Source: Desulfatiglandales bacterium
GTDB taxonomy: Bacteria > Desulfobacterota > DSM-4660 > Desulfatiglandales > Desulfatiglandaceae
Direction: 5' to 3'
Assembly (NCBI GenBank): GCA_963662465.1
Contig: OY759599.1
Span: forward strand, 1,184,001-1,248,000
DNA length: 64,000 bases
Positions 30,822 to 40,700 of this stretch are shown piece by piece. The first letter of the stretch is position 1. Each line of letters begins with the position of its first letter. The notes beneath the pieces were generated by a model that searched no databases, was not told the DNA's origin, and worked only from the letters and a program-made list of their open reading frames with translations. The translations under genes and the position numbers were made by a program.

Positions 30822-31922
30822 CTAGAGCGGCGTGTAGGGCAACCCAAGGCTTTCGGCCACGGCCTTGTAGACCACATTCCCCTTGATCACATTCATCCCC
30901 CGGGCAATCCGGGGGTTTTCCCACATGGCTTTTTCATACCCCGAATTGGCGATTTCCAGCGCGTAAGGCAGGGTGGCGTTGGTGAGCGCCATGGTGGATG
31001 TTCGGGGCACGGCGCCGGGCATGTTGTTGACGCAATAATGGACGATGCCCTCTTCCACGAAGGTGGGATCTTCGTGGGTGGTGGGGCGGCTGGTCTCGCA
31101 GGCCCCGCCCTGATCGATGGAAATATCCACGATGGCGGCCCCGGGTTTCATTTTCTTGAGCAGGTCCCGGGAGATGAGCTTGGGCGCGCAGGCGCCTGGG
31201 ATGAGAACCGAACAGATGACGAGATCTGCTTTCATGACCTCCTCTTCCAGCATGCCCTCATTGCTCATGAGGGTGGTCACGCTCCCCCGCATGACATCGT
31301 TGATGTAGTCCAGCCGTTCCTGGTTGATATCCAGGATGGTGACCCGGGCCCCGGCGCCCACGGCGCTGAAACAGGCATGCAGGCCGGAAACCCCGGCCCC
31401 GATGATGACCACATAGGCCGGCCGAACCCCCGGGACGCCGCTCAGCAGTACCCCCATCCCGCCGGATTTGGCTTCAAGGCAATAGGCGCCGGCCTGAATG
31501 GATAATCGTCCCGCAACGGCGCTCATGGGCGCCAGGAGGGGAAGGGTCCCCTTCTCGGTTTGAATGGTTTCGTAGGCAATGCCCACCACTTTCTTTTCAA
31601 TCATTTTTTCAGCCAGGCCTTTGGCCGCCGCCAGGTGAAGGTAGGTAAAAATGATCTGCCCCTCTCTCATCAGATCATATTCAATGGGAAGGGGCTCTTT
31701 GACCTTCATGATCATATGAGCCGATGCCCATATGTTTTTCTGCTGAACAATGATTTGTGCGCCGGCCTGAATATATTGTTCATTGGGAAAACCGCTGCCG
31801 AAGCCGGCATTGGATTGGATTAGGACCGTGTGGCCGTTCTGAACGAGGGTCCTGACACCCGAAGGGGTGACGGCCACGCGTTTTTCAGCGACTTTGACTT
31901 CTGTTGGGATACCGATGATCAT
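30822..31922 (-). CDS. ald: Alanine dehydrogenase
   Basis: IIGIPTEVK..EKRV, KVKEP, FTYLHLAA, IAYET, IDQGG and NMPGAVPRTST.ALTNAT. Confidence 0.96.
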   Translation of the reverse strand: MIIGIPTEVKVAEKRVAVTPSGVRTLVQNGHTVLIQSNAGFGSGFPNEQYIQAGAQIIVQQKNIWASAHMIMKVKEPLPIEYDLMREGQIIFTYLHLAAAKGLAEKMIEKKVVGIAYETIQTEKGTLPLLAPMSAVAGRLSIQAGAYCLEAKSGGMGVLLSGVPGVRPAYVVIIGAGVSGLHACFSAVGAGARVTILDINQERLDYINDVMRGSVTTLMSNEGMLEEEVMKADLVICSVLIPGACAPKLISRDLLKKMKPGAAIVDISIDQGGACETSRPTTHEDPTFVEEGIVHYCVNNMPGAVPRTSTMALTNATLPYALEIANSGYEKAMWENPRIARGMNVIKGNVVYKAVAESLGLPYTPL

Positions 31923-31980
31923 AACGTTAATCTCCTTTTATAAAAGTTGTGCCCCCTGCCCCCTGACAACTGCCCCCTTC

Positions 31981-33087
31981 TCATATATAAATTTTAGGCA
32001 CCCTTTTCCCAATGGAACAGACGATTTCATAATTGATGGTGTCCAACTGGGCGGCCAGTTCATCCACGGTGGGCGTTTCGCCGAAAAGAACCGCGTCGTC
32101 CCCGGGTTGAATGCCCGGGATATCCGTGACGTCAAACATGCACATATCCATGCATACGCGTCCCACCAGGGGCGCTTTTATATTCCGGATCAGGGCATGG
32201 CCGCGATTGGAGAGTCCCCGGCTGTATCCATCCCCATAGCCGATGGGAAGGGTGGCCACGATCATCTGTCCGCGGCAACAAAAGGTATGGCCGTAACTGA
32301 TGGGGGTGCCATGGGGGACCTGTTTCAGATAGGCCACTTTTGTTTTGAGCGTCATGGCTGGTTTGAGGGCCACATGACGGCTGACATGGGGGGAAGGGCG
32401 AAGGCCGTACAGCATGATGCCGGGTCTCACGAGGTCATAATGGGATTTTGGGTAATCCAGAATTCCCGCGCTGTTGGCCAGATGTTTTTGGGGAATGCGG
32501 ATGCCCGAGGCCTCAATTTCCCGCAGGAGACCGTCAAATATTCGGATTTGACGCTCCGTAAATGTTTTATCCGCCTCATCCGCGCAGGGGAGATGACTGA
32601 AGATGCCTTTGAGATCAAGGTTTTGAAAGCGGCTGACTTTACGCGCGAATGCCGGCGCATCCCGAGGGGCAATCCCGAGCCGACCCATGCCGGTATCGAC
32701 CTTGATGTGAACGCTGATTTTCTGAGCGGATGCCCTTGCGATTTGGTCCAGGGCCTCTGCCAGTTCAATTGTGCAGAGGGTCTGTTCCAGGCGGGATTCG
32801 ACCACTTTTAAGGCTTCCTTCGGGTGAATTACCCCCAGGACCAGAATCGGGGCTTCGATCCCCCGTTTTCGAAGTTGTGCCCCTTCTTCGGGCAGGGCAA
32901 CCCCCAGACAGGTGGCGCCGCTGTTTAAGGCGGTTCGGCTCACTTTCAGCGCGCCATGTCCATAGGCGTCGGCTTTGACGATGGCCATTAGATCCCTGGA
33001 AGGGCCGATGATGTTCCGCACGGCCATAACGTTAAAGGCGATGGCGTTTAGATCTATAATGGCCCTGGTGGCCCTTTCCATGGTCAT
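31981..33087 (-). CDS. alr: Alanine racemase
   Basis: AIVKADAYGHG, HIKVDTGMGRLG, VRPGIMLYG, GYGDG and GRVCMD. Confidence 0.96.
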   Translation of the reverse strand: MTMERATRAIIDLNAIAFNVMAVRNIIGPSRDLMAIVKADAYGHGALKVSRTALNSGATCLGVALPEEGAQLRKRGIEAPILVLGVIHPKEALKVVESRLEQTLCTIELAEALDQIARASAQKISVHIKVDTGMGRLGIAPRDAPAFARKVSRFQNLDLKGIFSHLPCADEADKTFTERQIRIFDGLLREIEASGIRIPQKHLANSAGILDYPKSHYDLVRPGIMLYGLRPSPHVSRHVALKPAMTLKTKVAYLKQVPHGTPISYGHTFCCRGQMIVATLPIGYGDGYSRGLSNRGHALIRNIKAPLVGRVCMDMCMFDVTDIPGIQPGDDAVLFGETPTVDELAAQLDTINYEIVCSIGKRVPKIYI

Positions 33088-33098
33088 TTTGATGCGCC

Positions 33099-34406
33099 TC
33101 AGGCCGGCATGGGTTCCGGGCATGTGACGAGCCCGGCGGGGAATGCTTCCATGGGGGCCGTCTTAAATTTGGGATTCGTTTCGATGCCGTGGGCCGTAAG
33201 AATTTTTTTCAGGATATCATAGTCCTTGGCGATGGACTGTCTGACCGATTCGTATCCCCGTTTGGCCGCCACGCGGCGCTCCCAGAAGTTCATGGGGTTC
33301 ATGTCGAAAAATTTATCGTCATATTCGGTCGGTTCCACCAGAATGATGTCGCCCTTGAAATCGGGATTCTTTTGATAGAGCGACATGCCGTGCATGAGGC
33401 GGGTGTGCAGCAAGGTGCGCATGACCTGGTTGAAAATGGAATAGAGGCCTTCTTCCGCGATGTGGGTCCTTCCCCTATTGGCTTCGCACTGTTCACAGAA
33501 GAGATCCAGGTTAAAAGGGCGGAAGGGGTTGTAGCAGATGATCAGGTCCGCATTTTTGGAAACCGCCAGATCCATGTTGGTGGTTTTGATGACCGCGCCA
33601 TCCACATAATCCACGCCGTCGATATTGACGGGCTTGTAGAAAAAGGGGATGGCCATGGATGCTTCCATGGCTTTGGAGATGGAAACCGTATTGTTTTCGT
33701 CATGCCCGAAAACAGCCCGCCTGGCGCAATCCAGGTTCATGCTGATGGTATAGAGTTCTTTCCCCCGGTTCTTGTAAAGGGCGGTAAAATCGTTATAGAG
33801 CCCATGGTCTTCCAGGTTTTTCCGATTGGCCCGTTCAAATTTTTCTGTGGTGAATATGCCATTGGGCAGATAATGCCAGGGCGAGGTCGGGTGATTAAAA
33901 TGGGGATTGCCGTCCTTGAGGCAGTAGGCGAGAAAATCTCCTACATTCTTATAGGTGGGCTTATAAAGGGTTTGGAGCAGCCGGTTTCGAAATGCTTCCC
34001 TGAAAATGTTTTTGTTCACCAGGATATCCCGCAGTCGCTGGGGGACAATGGACAACATGTGGCCCATGACATGGGTGGGAATCTGAAGAAACGCCATGAG
34101 GTTGGGGGTGTACAGGTCCCACGCTTTGATGGGATTCAGTCTGCCCGGCGCCCCTTCCAGGCTGGCGGCCATGTCTTTTGAGGATACGCCGTTTGCCAGG
34201 TAGGAGGTGATGATGGCGCCGGCGCTGACCCCCACGAACATGTCGAAATCCCTGAGCCGTCGATTGGCCATGAAACTGCTGAGGGCGTTTAATCCGCCGA
34301 TCTTGAAGGCGCCGCCCGATATGCCCCCGCCGGACAGGACGAGCGCCACTTTCGGATTGGTTTTCGGATGCGTTAAGTCGCTTTTCTGTACGATGGTAAT
34401 GCCCAA
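33099..34406 (-). CDS. Patatin-like phospholipase
   Basis: ALVLSGGG, GVSAG and YVDGA motifs. Confidence 0.9.
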   Translation of the reverse strand: MGITIVQKSDLTHPKTNPKVALVLSGGGISGGAFKIGGLNALSSFMANRRLRDFDMFVGVSAGAIITSYLANGVSSKDMAASLEGAPGRLNPIKAWDLYTPNLMAFLQIPTHVMGHMLSIVPQRLRDILVNKNIFREAFRNRLLQTLYKPTYKNVGDFLAYCLKDGNPHFNHPTSPWHYLPNGIFTTEKFERANRKNLEDHGLYNDFTALYKNRGKELYTISMNLDCARRAVFGHDENNTVSISKAMEASMAIPFFYKPVNIDGVDYVDGAVIKTTNMDLAVSKNADLIICYNPFRPFNLDLFCEQCEANRGRTHIAEEGLYSIFNQVMRTLLHTRLMHGMSLYQKNPDFKGDIILVEPTEYDDKFFDMNPMNFWERRVAAKRGYESVRQSIAKDYDILKKILTAHGIETNPKFKTAPMEAFPAGLVTCPEPMPA

Positions 34407-34420
34407 GAAATTTCTCCTGA

Positions 34421-35596
34421 TTAATATGCCTGTCGGTACACGGCCAGGGCATCTTCATAAGAGACCTCCCGTGGGTTGTAGATCAGGGCGCCGTCGTTAA
34501 TGGCGGCTGTCGCTGCTTCCGGAAGTTGTTCTTCCATTACTTTGGCATCCCGTAACGTTTCGGGCAGTCCGGATATTTTATGGAGTTTCTTCAGCAGATT
34601 CCGGATCAGGGAGATGGTCTCCGCCGCCTGCTCGGAAGGGGCAAGGTAGGCCCTGGCCCCTCCCAGAAGACCGGAAAGCTCCGCAATGTATTCAGGGACT
34701 TTTTTGAGGTTGTATTCAAGACACCATGGCAGCAGAATGGCGTTGGCCATCCCGTGGGGCACGTGACAGACGCCCCCCAGGGCATGGGCCAGGGCGTGGA
34801 CCATCCCCACCATGGAGTTGGAAAAGGCGATTCCCGCAAAGAGGGCCGCATTGGCCATTCCCATCCGTGCTTCCATGTCTTTCCCATCCTCTGTTGCGCG
34901 AACCAGATAACGGCGGATCAGGTCGATGGCGGTTTTGGCATAGACGTCGTCAATGGGGTTTTTCTGAATGCAGATGTAGGCCTCTATGGCATGGGTCAGG
35001 GCATCCATACCGGTGGCGGCTGTAATCATGGGCGGCATGGTCAGGGTCATTCGGGGGTCGATCACCGCCAGGTTGGGATAGAGTTTATCGGAGACGAAAC
35101 TCATTTTGGTTTCCGTGGTTTCGTTGTAAATCACGGCGACTTTCGTTACTTCGCTGCCCGTTCCGGCGGTGGTGGGGACGGCGATGAGGGGGTTCAGGTC
35201 GCTGGTAATTTTATCGGCCCCTTGAAAATCGAGGATATCGCCGGCATCAGCGGACAGGACAATATTGGCGCCCTTGGCCGAGTCCAGGGCGCTGCCGCCG
35301 CCAACGGCGATGAAGCAGTCGCACCGCTCGGTTTTAAATATTTGTGCAATGCGGTTGGCGATTCTGTCGCTGGAGTCCTGGGGGACCTCATCAAAGATCC
35401 GGCCGATTTTTACGTCTGAATCCGCAAAGGCGCTTTTGACGATATCGATGAGCCCGGCCTTGACCACGCCCTTATCAGTGACGACCATGGCCCTTTGGCA
35501 TCCCAGCAGCTTCATTTCAAAGGGAATATTGCTGACGGCCAACTGGCCTGAAAGGATTTTGACGGGACAATAGAACTGGTAGTAATTGGGCAGCAT
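34421..35596 (-). CDS. Iron-containing alcohol dehydrogenase
   Basis: GGGSALDSAK, PTTAGTGSE, DALTHAIE and HALAH..GG..H.PHG. ATG 35596 follows GGAGG. Confidence 0.94.
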   Translation of the reverse strand: MLPNYYQFYCPVKILSGQLAVSNIPFEMKLLGCQRAMVVTDKGVVKAGLIDIVKSAFADSDVKIGRIFDEVPQDSSDRIANRIAQIFKTERCDCFIAVGGGSALDSAKGANIVLSADAGDILDFQGADKITSDLNPLIAVPTTAGTGSEVTKVAVIYNETTETKMSFVSDKLYPNLAVIDPRMTLTMPPMITAATGMDALTHAIEAYICIQKNPIDDVYAKTAIDLIRRYLVRATEDGKDMEARMGMANAALFAGIAFSNSMVGMVHALAHALGGVCHVPHGMANAILLPWCLEYNLKKVPEYIAELSGLLGGARAYLAPSEQAAETISLIRNLLKKLHKISGLPETLRDAKVMEEQLPEAATAAINDGALIYNPREVSYEDALAVYRQAY

Positions 35597-35934
35597 GATA
35601 TTTCCTCCTCTTTTTTCATGGACCTGATCCATATCAGCAGTATTGGTACTACGGCCTGCCTTGTTAAACAAGTGAAAAGTGATTTACAAATCATACGATT
35701 TTATCTGCCTTAATAGTCCCGGAAGAGGAAAGGGTGCGTGGGGTGTCAGAGGAGCGGATACAAGGGAAGGGGGGGATGTTTATTATTGTATTGACCCATC
35801 CATTGAGGTTGATTTAGAATCTTTTTGTTATGAAGTCTGGTATGAGTATTCTTAAAATTGAACCTCAGAAACTCAGGAGGCATCTGATGGTATTCATCAT
35901 CGGTATATTAAGACAGAATTGCAATGAGCGATAG

Positions 35935-35994
35935 ATGATTATTATTGAAACATCTGAAAACGCTCAAACACATTATCGAGGAGGAGTACCATGA
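35935..35994 (+). pseudogene. Internally deleted RelE/HigB toxin remnant
   Basis: MIIIET joined directly to LKTLKHIIEEEY in another frame, abutting the antitoxin start. Confidence 0.55.
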
Positions 35995-36317
35995 ACAATG
36001 ACATGTTTGATCAACTTCTGGAAAGCGTCAAGGAAGGCGGCGCTATTCTGCGGTGTGAAAAAAGCCCTTCGCGAAGGTTTGTTCTGAAGGCGCCGGACGT
36101 CAGGGATATTCGTGAGCGGTATGCATTGACGCAGCAGGAATTCGCGACGCTTCTGGGCGTCAGTATCAAGACGCTGCGGAATTGGGAGCAGGGAATACGG
36201 AGTCCCCATGGATCGGCACTGGTGCTTCTGCAGGTCGCCGCCAGGCATCCACAGGCCCTGTGGGATGTCGTACGACCCTCGTTTGAAGCCTTGAAGGAGG
36301 GCGGCATCTCATGTTGA
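35991..36317 (+). CDS. XRE/Cro HTH antitoxin (HigA/NadS-like)
   Basis: F..LLESVKE...LTQQEFA.LLGVS..TLRNWEQG.R.P.G.A.VLL. Confidence 0.88.
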   Translation: MNNDMFDQLLESVKEGGAILRCEKSPSRRFVLKAPDVRDIRERYALTQQEFATLLGVSIKTLRNWEQGIRSPHGSALVLLQVAARHPQALWDVVRPSFEALKEGGISC

Positions 36318-36350
36318 GAAGAGGAAGAAGAATTTTGAACATGTGAACAG

Positions 36351-36938
36351 CTACCGTTTCTTAATGGCGCACTTAAGGCCGTTTTTGATCAGTGCCGGCC
36401 CCAGTGCCGCATAAATAAGGCCTTTGACCACCAGTTGGTAGGCATTGAGGGTGGGTGGCCGTTTAAAAATTGTATTCAATATGAACTGGGGGAAAAGATA
36501 GGTTTCCACAATGGCCAGCGCTCGGTTCAATTCCATGCCGTAGGAAACCTGACCATCCAGCATAATCCGGCTTTCGGCCAGGGCCTGGTGGGCGCTCATC
36601 TGGGCCGTCAGCACTAGCATGGCGGAATCCAGGTTTTTAAAGAGAAAGGTCATGTGCGGATTCATCTTTTTTTTCCCCAGGTAGTGAATTCGGTTGCCCC
36701 TTTTCTCCAGGGTGATATAGGGCCCTCTGGGGAGTACCCCCAGCGCACACCGTCTGCCGTCGTTCCAGTTTATGATCTCCCGTTTCAAATCGGGGGCCCG
36801 TTTGGAAACCTCTTCAAAAGCCACTCCGATGAGTGTCAGGGTCATGTCGATTAATTCATATTTGGATTTGGATTGGATAACCGGGTAAAAGGGGAGGGCG
36901 CGAAGCTGGGCGAGACCCTTTTCGATGATAAAATCCAT
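36351..36938 (-). CDS. Hypothetical protein, possibly SCP2-like lipid-binding fold
   Basis: FKNLDSA..VLTAQ....A.AESR..LDG pattern; near ADH/patatin genes. Confidence 0.5.
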   Translation of the reverse strand: MDFIIEKGLAQLRALPFYPVIQSKSKYELIDMTLTLIGVAFEEVSKRAPDLKREIINWNDGRRCALGVLPRGPYITLEKRGNRIHYLGKKKMNPHMTFLFKNLDSAMLVLTAQMSAHQALAESRIMLDGQVSYGMELNRALAIVETYLFPQFILNTIFKRPPTLNAYQLVVKGLIYAALGPALIKNGLKCAIKKR

Positions 36939-37113
36939 GAAATTTTCTCCTCTTTTTTTTTGGAACCGATACTGTTCGAATTTATATCGAATCTATATTG
37001 GTACTATTGCCCGTGCCGTTAAACAAGCGAAAAGTGATGCAACAGGCCTTTTAAGAGCGTTATTGGCCTTGCTTGGGAATGTCCGCTGCATCCTTTTTCC
37101 GGATGGCTATAAA

Positions 37114-37770
37114 TCAGCTGATAATTTCTAAAAATTCGGCAATGACCTGAATGCTGCCCTCATCTTCGCAGGTCAACTCAATGGGTTGAAAATCGGGATT
37201 GTTCGGTTTGAGGATAATCTTGACATGACGCCAAGTGCCATCTTCCGAGGCGGCCTTTTGGCTTTCATAACGTTTCACTGTGTAACGTTCGCCTGTCTCC
37301 GGATCCAGGTCATCAAGCAGCCCCACAACCACCGTCCTGCCTTGACGTGTTCCTGTGACCGGGGCCGCAAACAGGCAGTATGATCCGTTCGGTATGGACG
37401 GCTCCATGGATTTACCGACCACCTGGGCCACGAACATTCCCGGGCGCAATCGTCGGTGCGTGTCGATTTCCACCCAATCCCATTCTTCCGTATCCAGGCG
37501 CTGCGGGTCGCTGAATGCCCCTGCGGCAAGCTTGAGAGGCACCAGCGGTATGCAGTTGACGTAGCGGTCTTTTTGGCGTGCTTGCACAATCCTGAGGACC
37601 GTTCGCTCCTTTGTTTCTTCTGTCTTATCTGCCTGTTCGAACCACGAGGTATCTTTGCGGATTGCGTCCCGCAAATGATCTTCACGCAGATACCCTGCGA
37701 GTTTGCGGAAGTGCCGTGTCATAGCGCCTTCATCATCCAGATCGCTCACAACAATCTCAATTACTTCGTA
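37114..37770 (-). CDS. S24 (LexA/UmuD-type) peptidase domain; probably the frameshifted C-terminus of the upstream helicase
   Basis: LAAG, VVGKSMEP.I.NG and YTVKR. The frame is open upstream as EYEVIEIVVSDLDD, overlapping the helicase end. Confidence 0.8.
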   Translation of the reverse strand, partial: YEVIEIVVSDLDDEGAMTRHFRKLAGYLREDHLRDAIRKDTSWFEQADKTEETKERTVLRIVQARQKDRYVNCIPLVPLKLAAGAFSDPQRLDTEEWDWVEIDTHRRLRPGMFVAQVVGKSMEPSIPNGSYCLFAAPVTGTRQGRTVVVGLLDDLDPETGERYTVKRYESQKAASEDGTWRHVKIILKPNNPDFQPIELTCEDEGSIQVIAEFLEIIS

Positions 37771-40700
37771 CTCGATTGTTGCGCAGCCAGGTGCGGATAC
37801 GCTGATCCTGCTCCGCTGTGTCGGGATTCCCGTGGATGTGGGTGCTTAACCCATCCAGGTAAATGCATACTCCTTCATCTTCGGCATGGTGGTCTGCACG
37901 ATAGATGATATCCGGCGTTGTGGTACCAATGGCCCTGTCCAGCCGAATCTGCTCACCTCGGACCCCTTCCTCAAATCCAGCGGATAGCAGCAGATGCCTG
38001 AGTTTTCGTTCTACTTCGTTGACCGGGTGGGTTCCTTCCGAAGGCTCCTCAGAAGGCCGTTTGGCGGCGATTTCGTGAGCCGGCTTAATCCGGTTACCCC
38101 AGGAACGCAGGTTCTCCCATGCCAATTCCCGGTTCAGATATTTGTGATAGTAACCGTTCCGGAATGTTTGGAGACAGTCCACACAGGAGGTGTCGCAGGC
38201 GGAAGGGCAGGTTTCAACAATTTCAACGGCATGGTTGACCACCTTGTCAAAACACTCGCAAATCTGGTCAATGAGGCCGGAACCGCCCGGCATGGGATCC
38301 CATAAGAGGCCGTCTACTTCATCTCGATCCACATGCCCGATGACCAGAATCTGAAGGTCTTCCATATGCATGTCCAGCACGCTTGTGGCAGCTATGCGCA
38401 ACGTCTCCAGAACACTGTAGGCGGTTTGCTGATCCGGGCAGGCAGGCAGGGACAGTACATCGGCGACTACATCGGCATAAAACCCGACCGGCGCCGGCGG
38501 CCGACCGCACCGTTCTTGGTGAGACTGGTCAAAATGGTTTCGCTGTTTGTCTGAAGAAAGCGGAGAAATACTCTGTCCACAAACCCTGCAGACCGGGTAG
38601 CCATAACGGCCAAACCGTTCAATGGCGGAATTGGCGCCCACATTGACCAGTCTCAACCTCACTCCTCGGCGGTGATGCAGGGCGTGAGGCCCCCAATTGT
38701 AAGCCTTGCCGCCGTTATGCTGATCGCGCTCGATACCGTAAACCGCCACGCCCATCTGAAACCGCAGCTCTTCTTCATCGGATATGTGGGATTGGTGGAC
38801 CAAATCCACGTCGCAAACGGCAATGGTCTGTAAAATCGTTGCACCCAGTGCCCCGGGAGTGGCTCCCGCGTTGGTTTCCTTGACGGCATGTCTTTCCGTG
38901 GAAATTTCAAAGACCGGCATTTCAGCACGTTCTTCATCCACATCACGGTGGAAGCGCCTGGCAACAAACCGATTGCCGTTGGCGTAGATGAGATTTCCGG
39001 GGACATATTCGCGCAGGGCCACACTGGGAGGCCGGGGCAGAGCGAACTCCATGGCTCCGGTTCGCCAGAAGGGTATTTCCGCGGTACCCAGAACCGACCC
39101 TCTTTCGAGGCCGTACCCCGGCAAAAACCCTTCGGCGGACAACACGCCGTAGGTGTTCACGTCATCATAGCCTTCCGCTTCCCGGCGTCTTCGCCGGATG
39201 GTGCCTTTCAGCCGTTTAACCAGGGTATCGCAGCGGCGAAAAAGCGTATCGTCCTCAGGTTCGAGATCTCCCTGCTTTTCCCGCAGCAGATTCAGCCGTT
39301 TAATCTGAGCAAGCGCCCACTGGAGTCGCCTTGAAAGGCGGCCGATGACAGCCTCAAGTTCGGATACCATTGTGTGGATATGGTTCAATAGAACTTCGGG
39401 CTTTGTCACCTCGGCATCCGCTTCCGGCCAGCCCTGGCTGAAGGCGGCTGTCACATATTTCATCAGGTCCTTCTCGCATCGACCCATCAGGATTTTGAGG
39501 GGAGACAGATCAAAAATCTGTTCTCGAACCAGTCCGTCTTCAAACAAATAGGATGAAATCCGATCCGGCAGGCAGGTTTTCAGCGTATCCCTTATGTTGT
39601 TACGCTGTTCGTCCGTCAGGGAACTATCACGTATGTACTGGTGCAATCGGGAAATGACGGTGGCGTGAACGTGTTTGGCCACCATCAGGTCATTTCTCAG
39701 GTTAAACGCCGGCGGGTCTACCCGGCCTGCCAGCAATTTAAAAGGATCGGCAAAATAGGCTCGGTCGTGGGATACCGATCGGCAGTAGGTCAGCCCCACC
39801 GCCATGCGATGGCGTCTGCCTGCCCGGCCCGCCCGTTGCCAGTAATTGGCTGGAAGCGGCGGGACGTTGCGCATGAGCACCGCGTCCAGTTGCCCGATGT
39901 CTACTCCCAGCTCCAGGGTCGGCGTACACACAAAGGCGTTAACCGCTTCAGAGTTTCCTTTGAATAGATTTTCCAGGCGCTCTCGTTCCTTGTGGGGGAC
40001 CATGGCCGTGTGTTCCTCCGGCCGCAGCATGGCGTAATTTTCATCAAGCAGTTGCAGGTTGTAGTTGTCTTTGTCTTCCTTTACAAATTGGAGTTCACCG
40101 TTGCATCGCCAGGAGAGACACAACTGCCCGGGTGTTCGGCGGGTGGAGGTTCTTCGGCAGCTTTTACAGCGCCATACCCCGTGGTTTTGCTGGAGTCGAA
40201 GCCGGTCCGCGTTGACTTGGTAGACCCCGCTAAGATTCGGAAGGGCGCCACCCCTTGACCCTTTGAGCTGGACCGGGGTCAAAAATGTTTCATCAACAAG
40301 AAAGTGAAAAAGTCCCTCAAGAAACGGTTCGATATTTTCCGGTGGAAGGCCCCATTTCCGGGCGATTTGGCGCATGGTGGTATCGCCCTGATCACTGATC
40401 CACTGGATAACAAGGGTTGATTTTTCCGGTGGTTCACGCCTGAGTTTGGTCCCTACCGGGTTGCCGATCTGGGGCAGATACCCTTGCTGCACTTCCAGAT
40501 CACCGTCCATCCAGTATTTGCTGAAGATCTCCCGTTCCGGATCGTAAAGCACATGCCGACGCCGAAGGTAGTCGAGAAGGCTTGCCACCCCTTCCCGCAG
40601 GTCTTCCGCCGGCATGCCTAGCGAATCGGCGTTTTTCTGAATCCATGGCAATGTTGCGGCAAGACCTTCATAGTCCACTTTCATACGGCCCCACGGTTCG

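Noticed and set aside
30801..35419. Long plus-strand ORFs opposite ald/alr/patatin/ADH (e.g. 31867-32811, 33189-34181)
   Set aside because: These are antisense shadow ORFs of GC-rich genes with no recognisable motifs.
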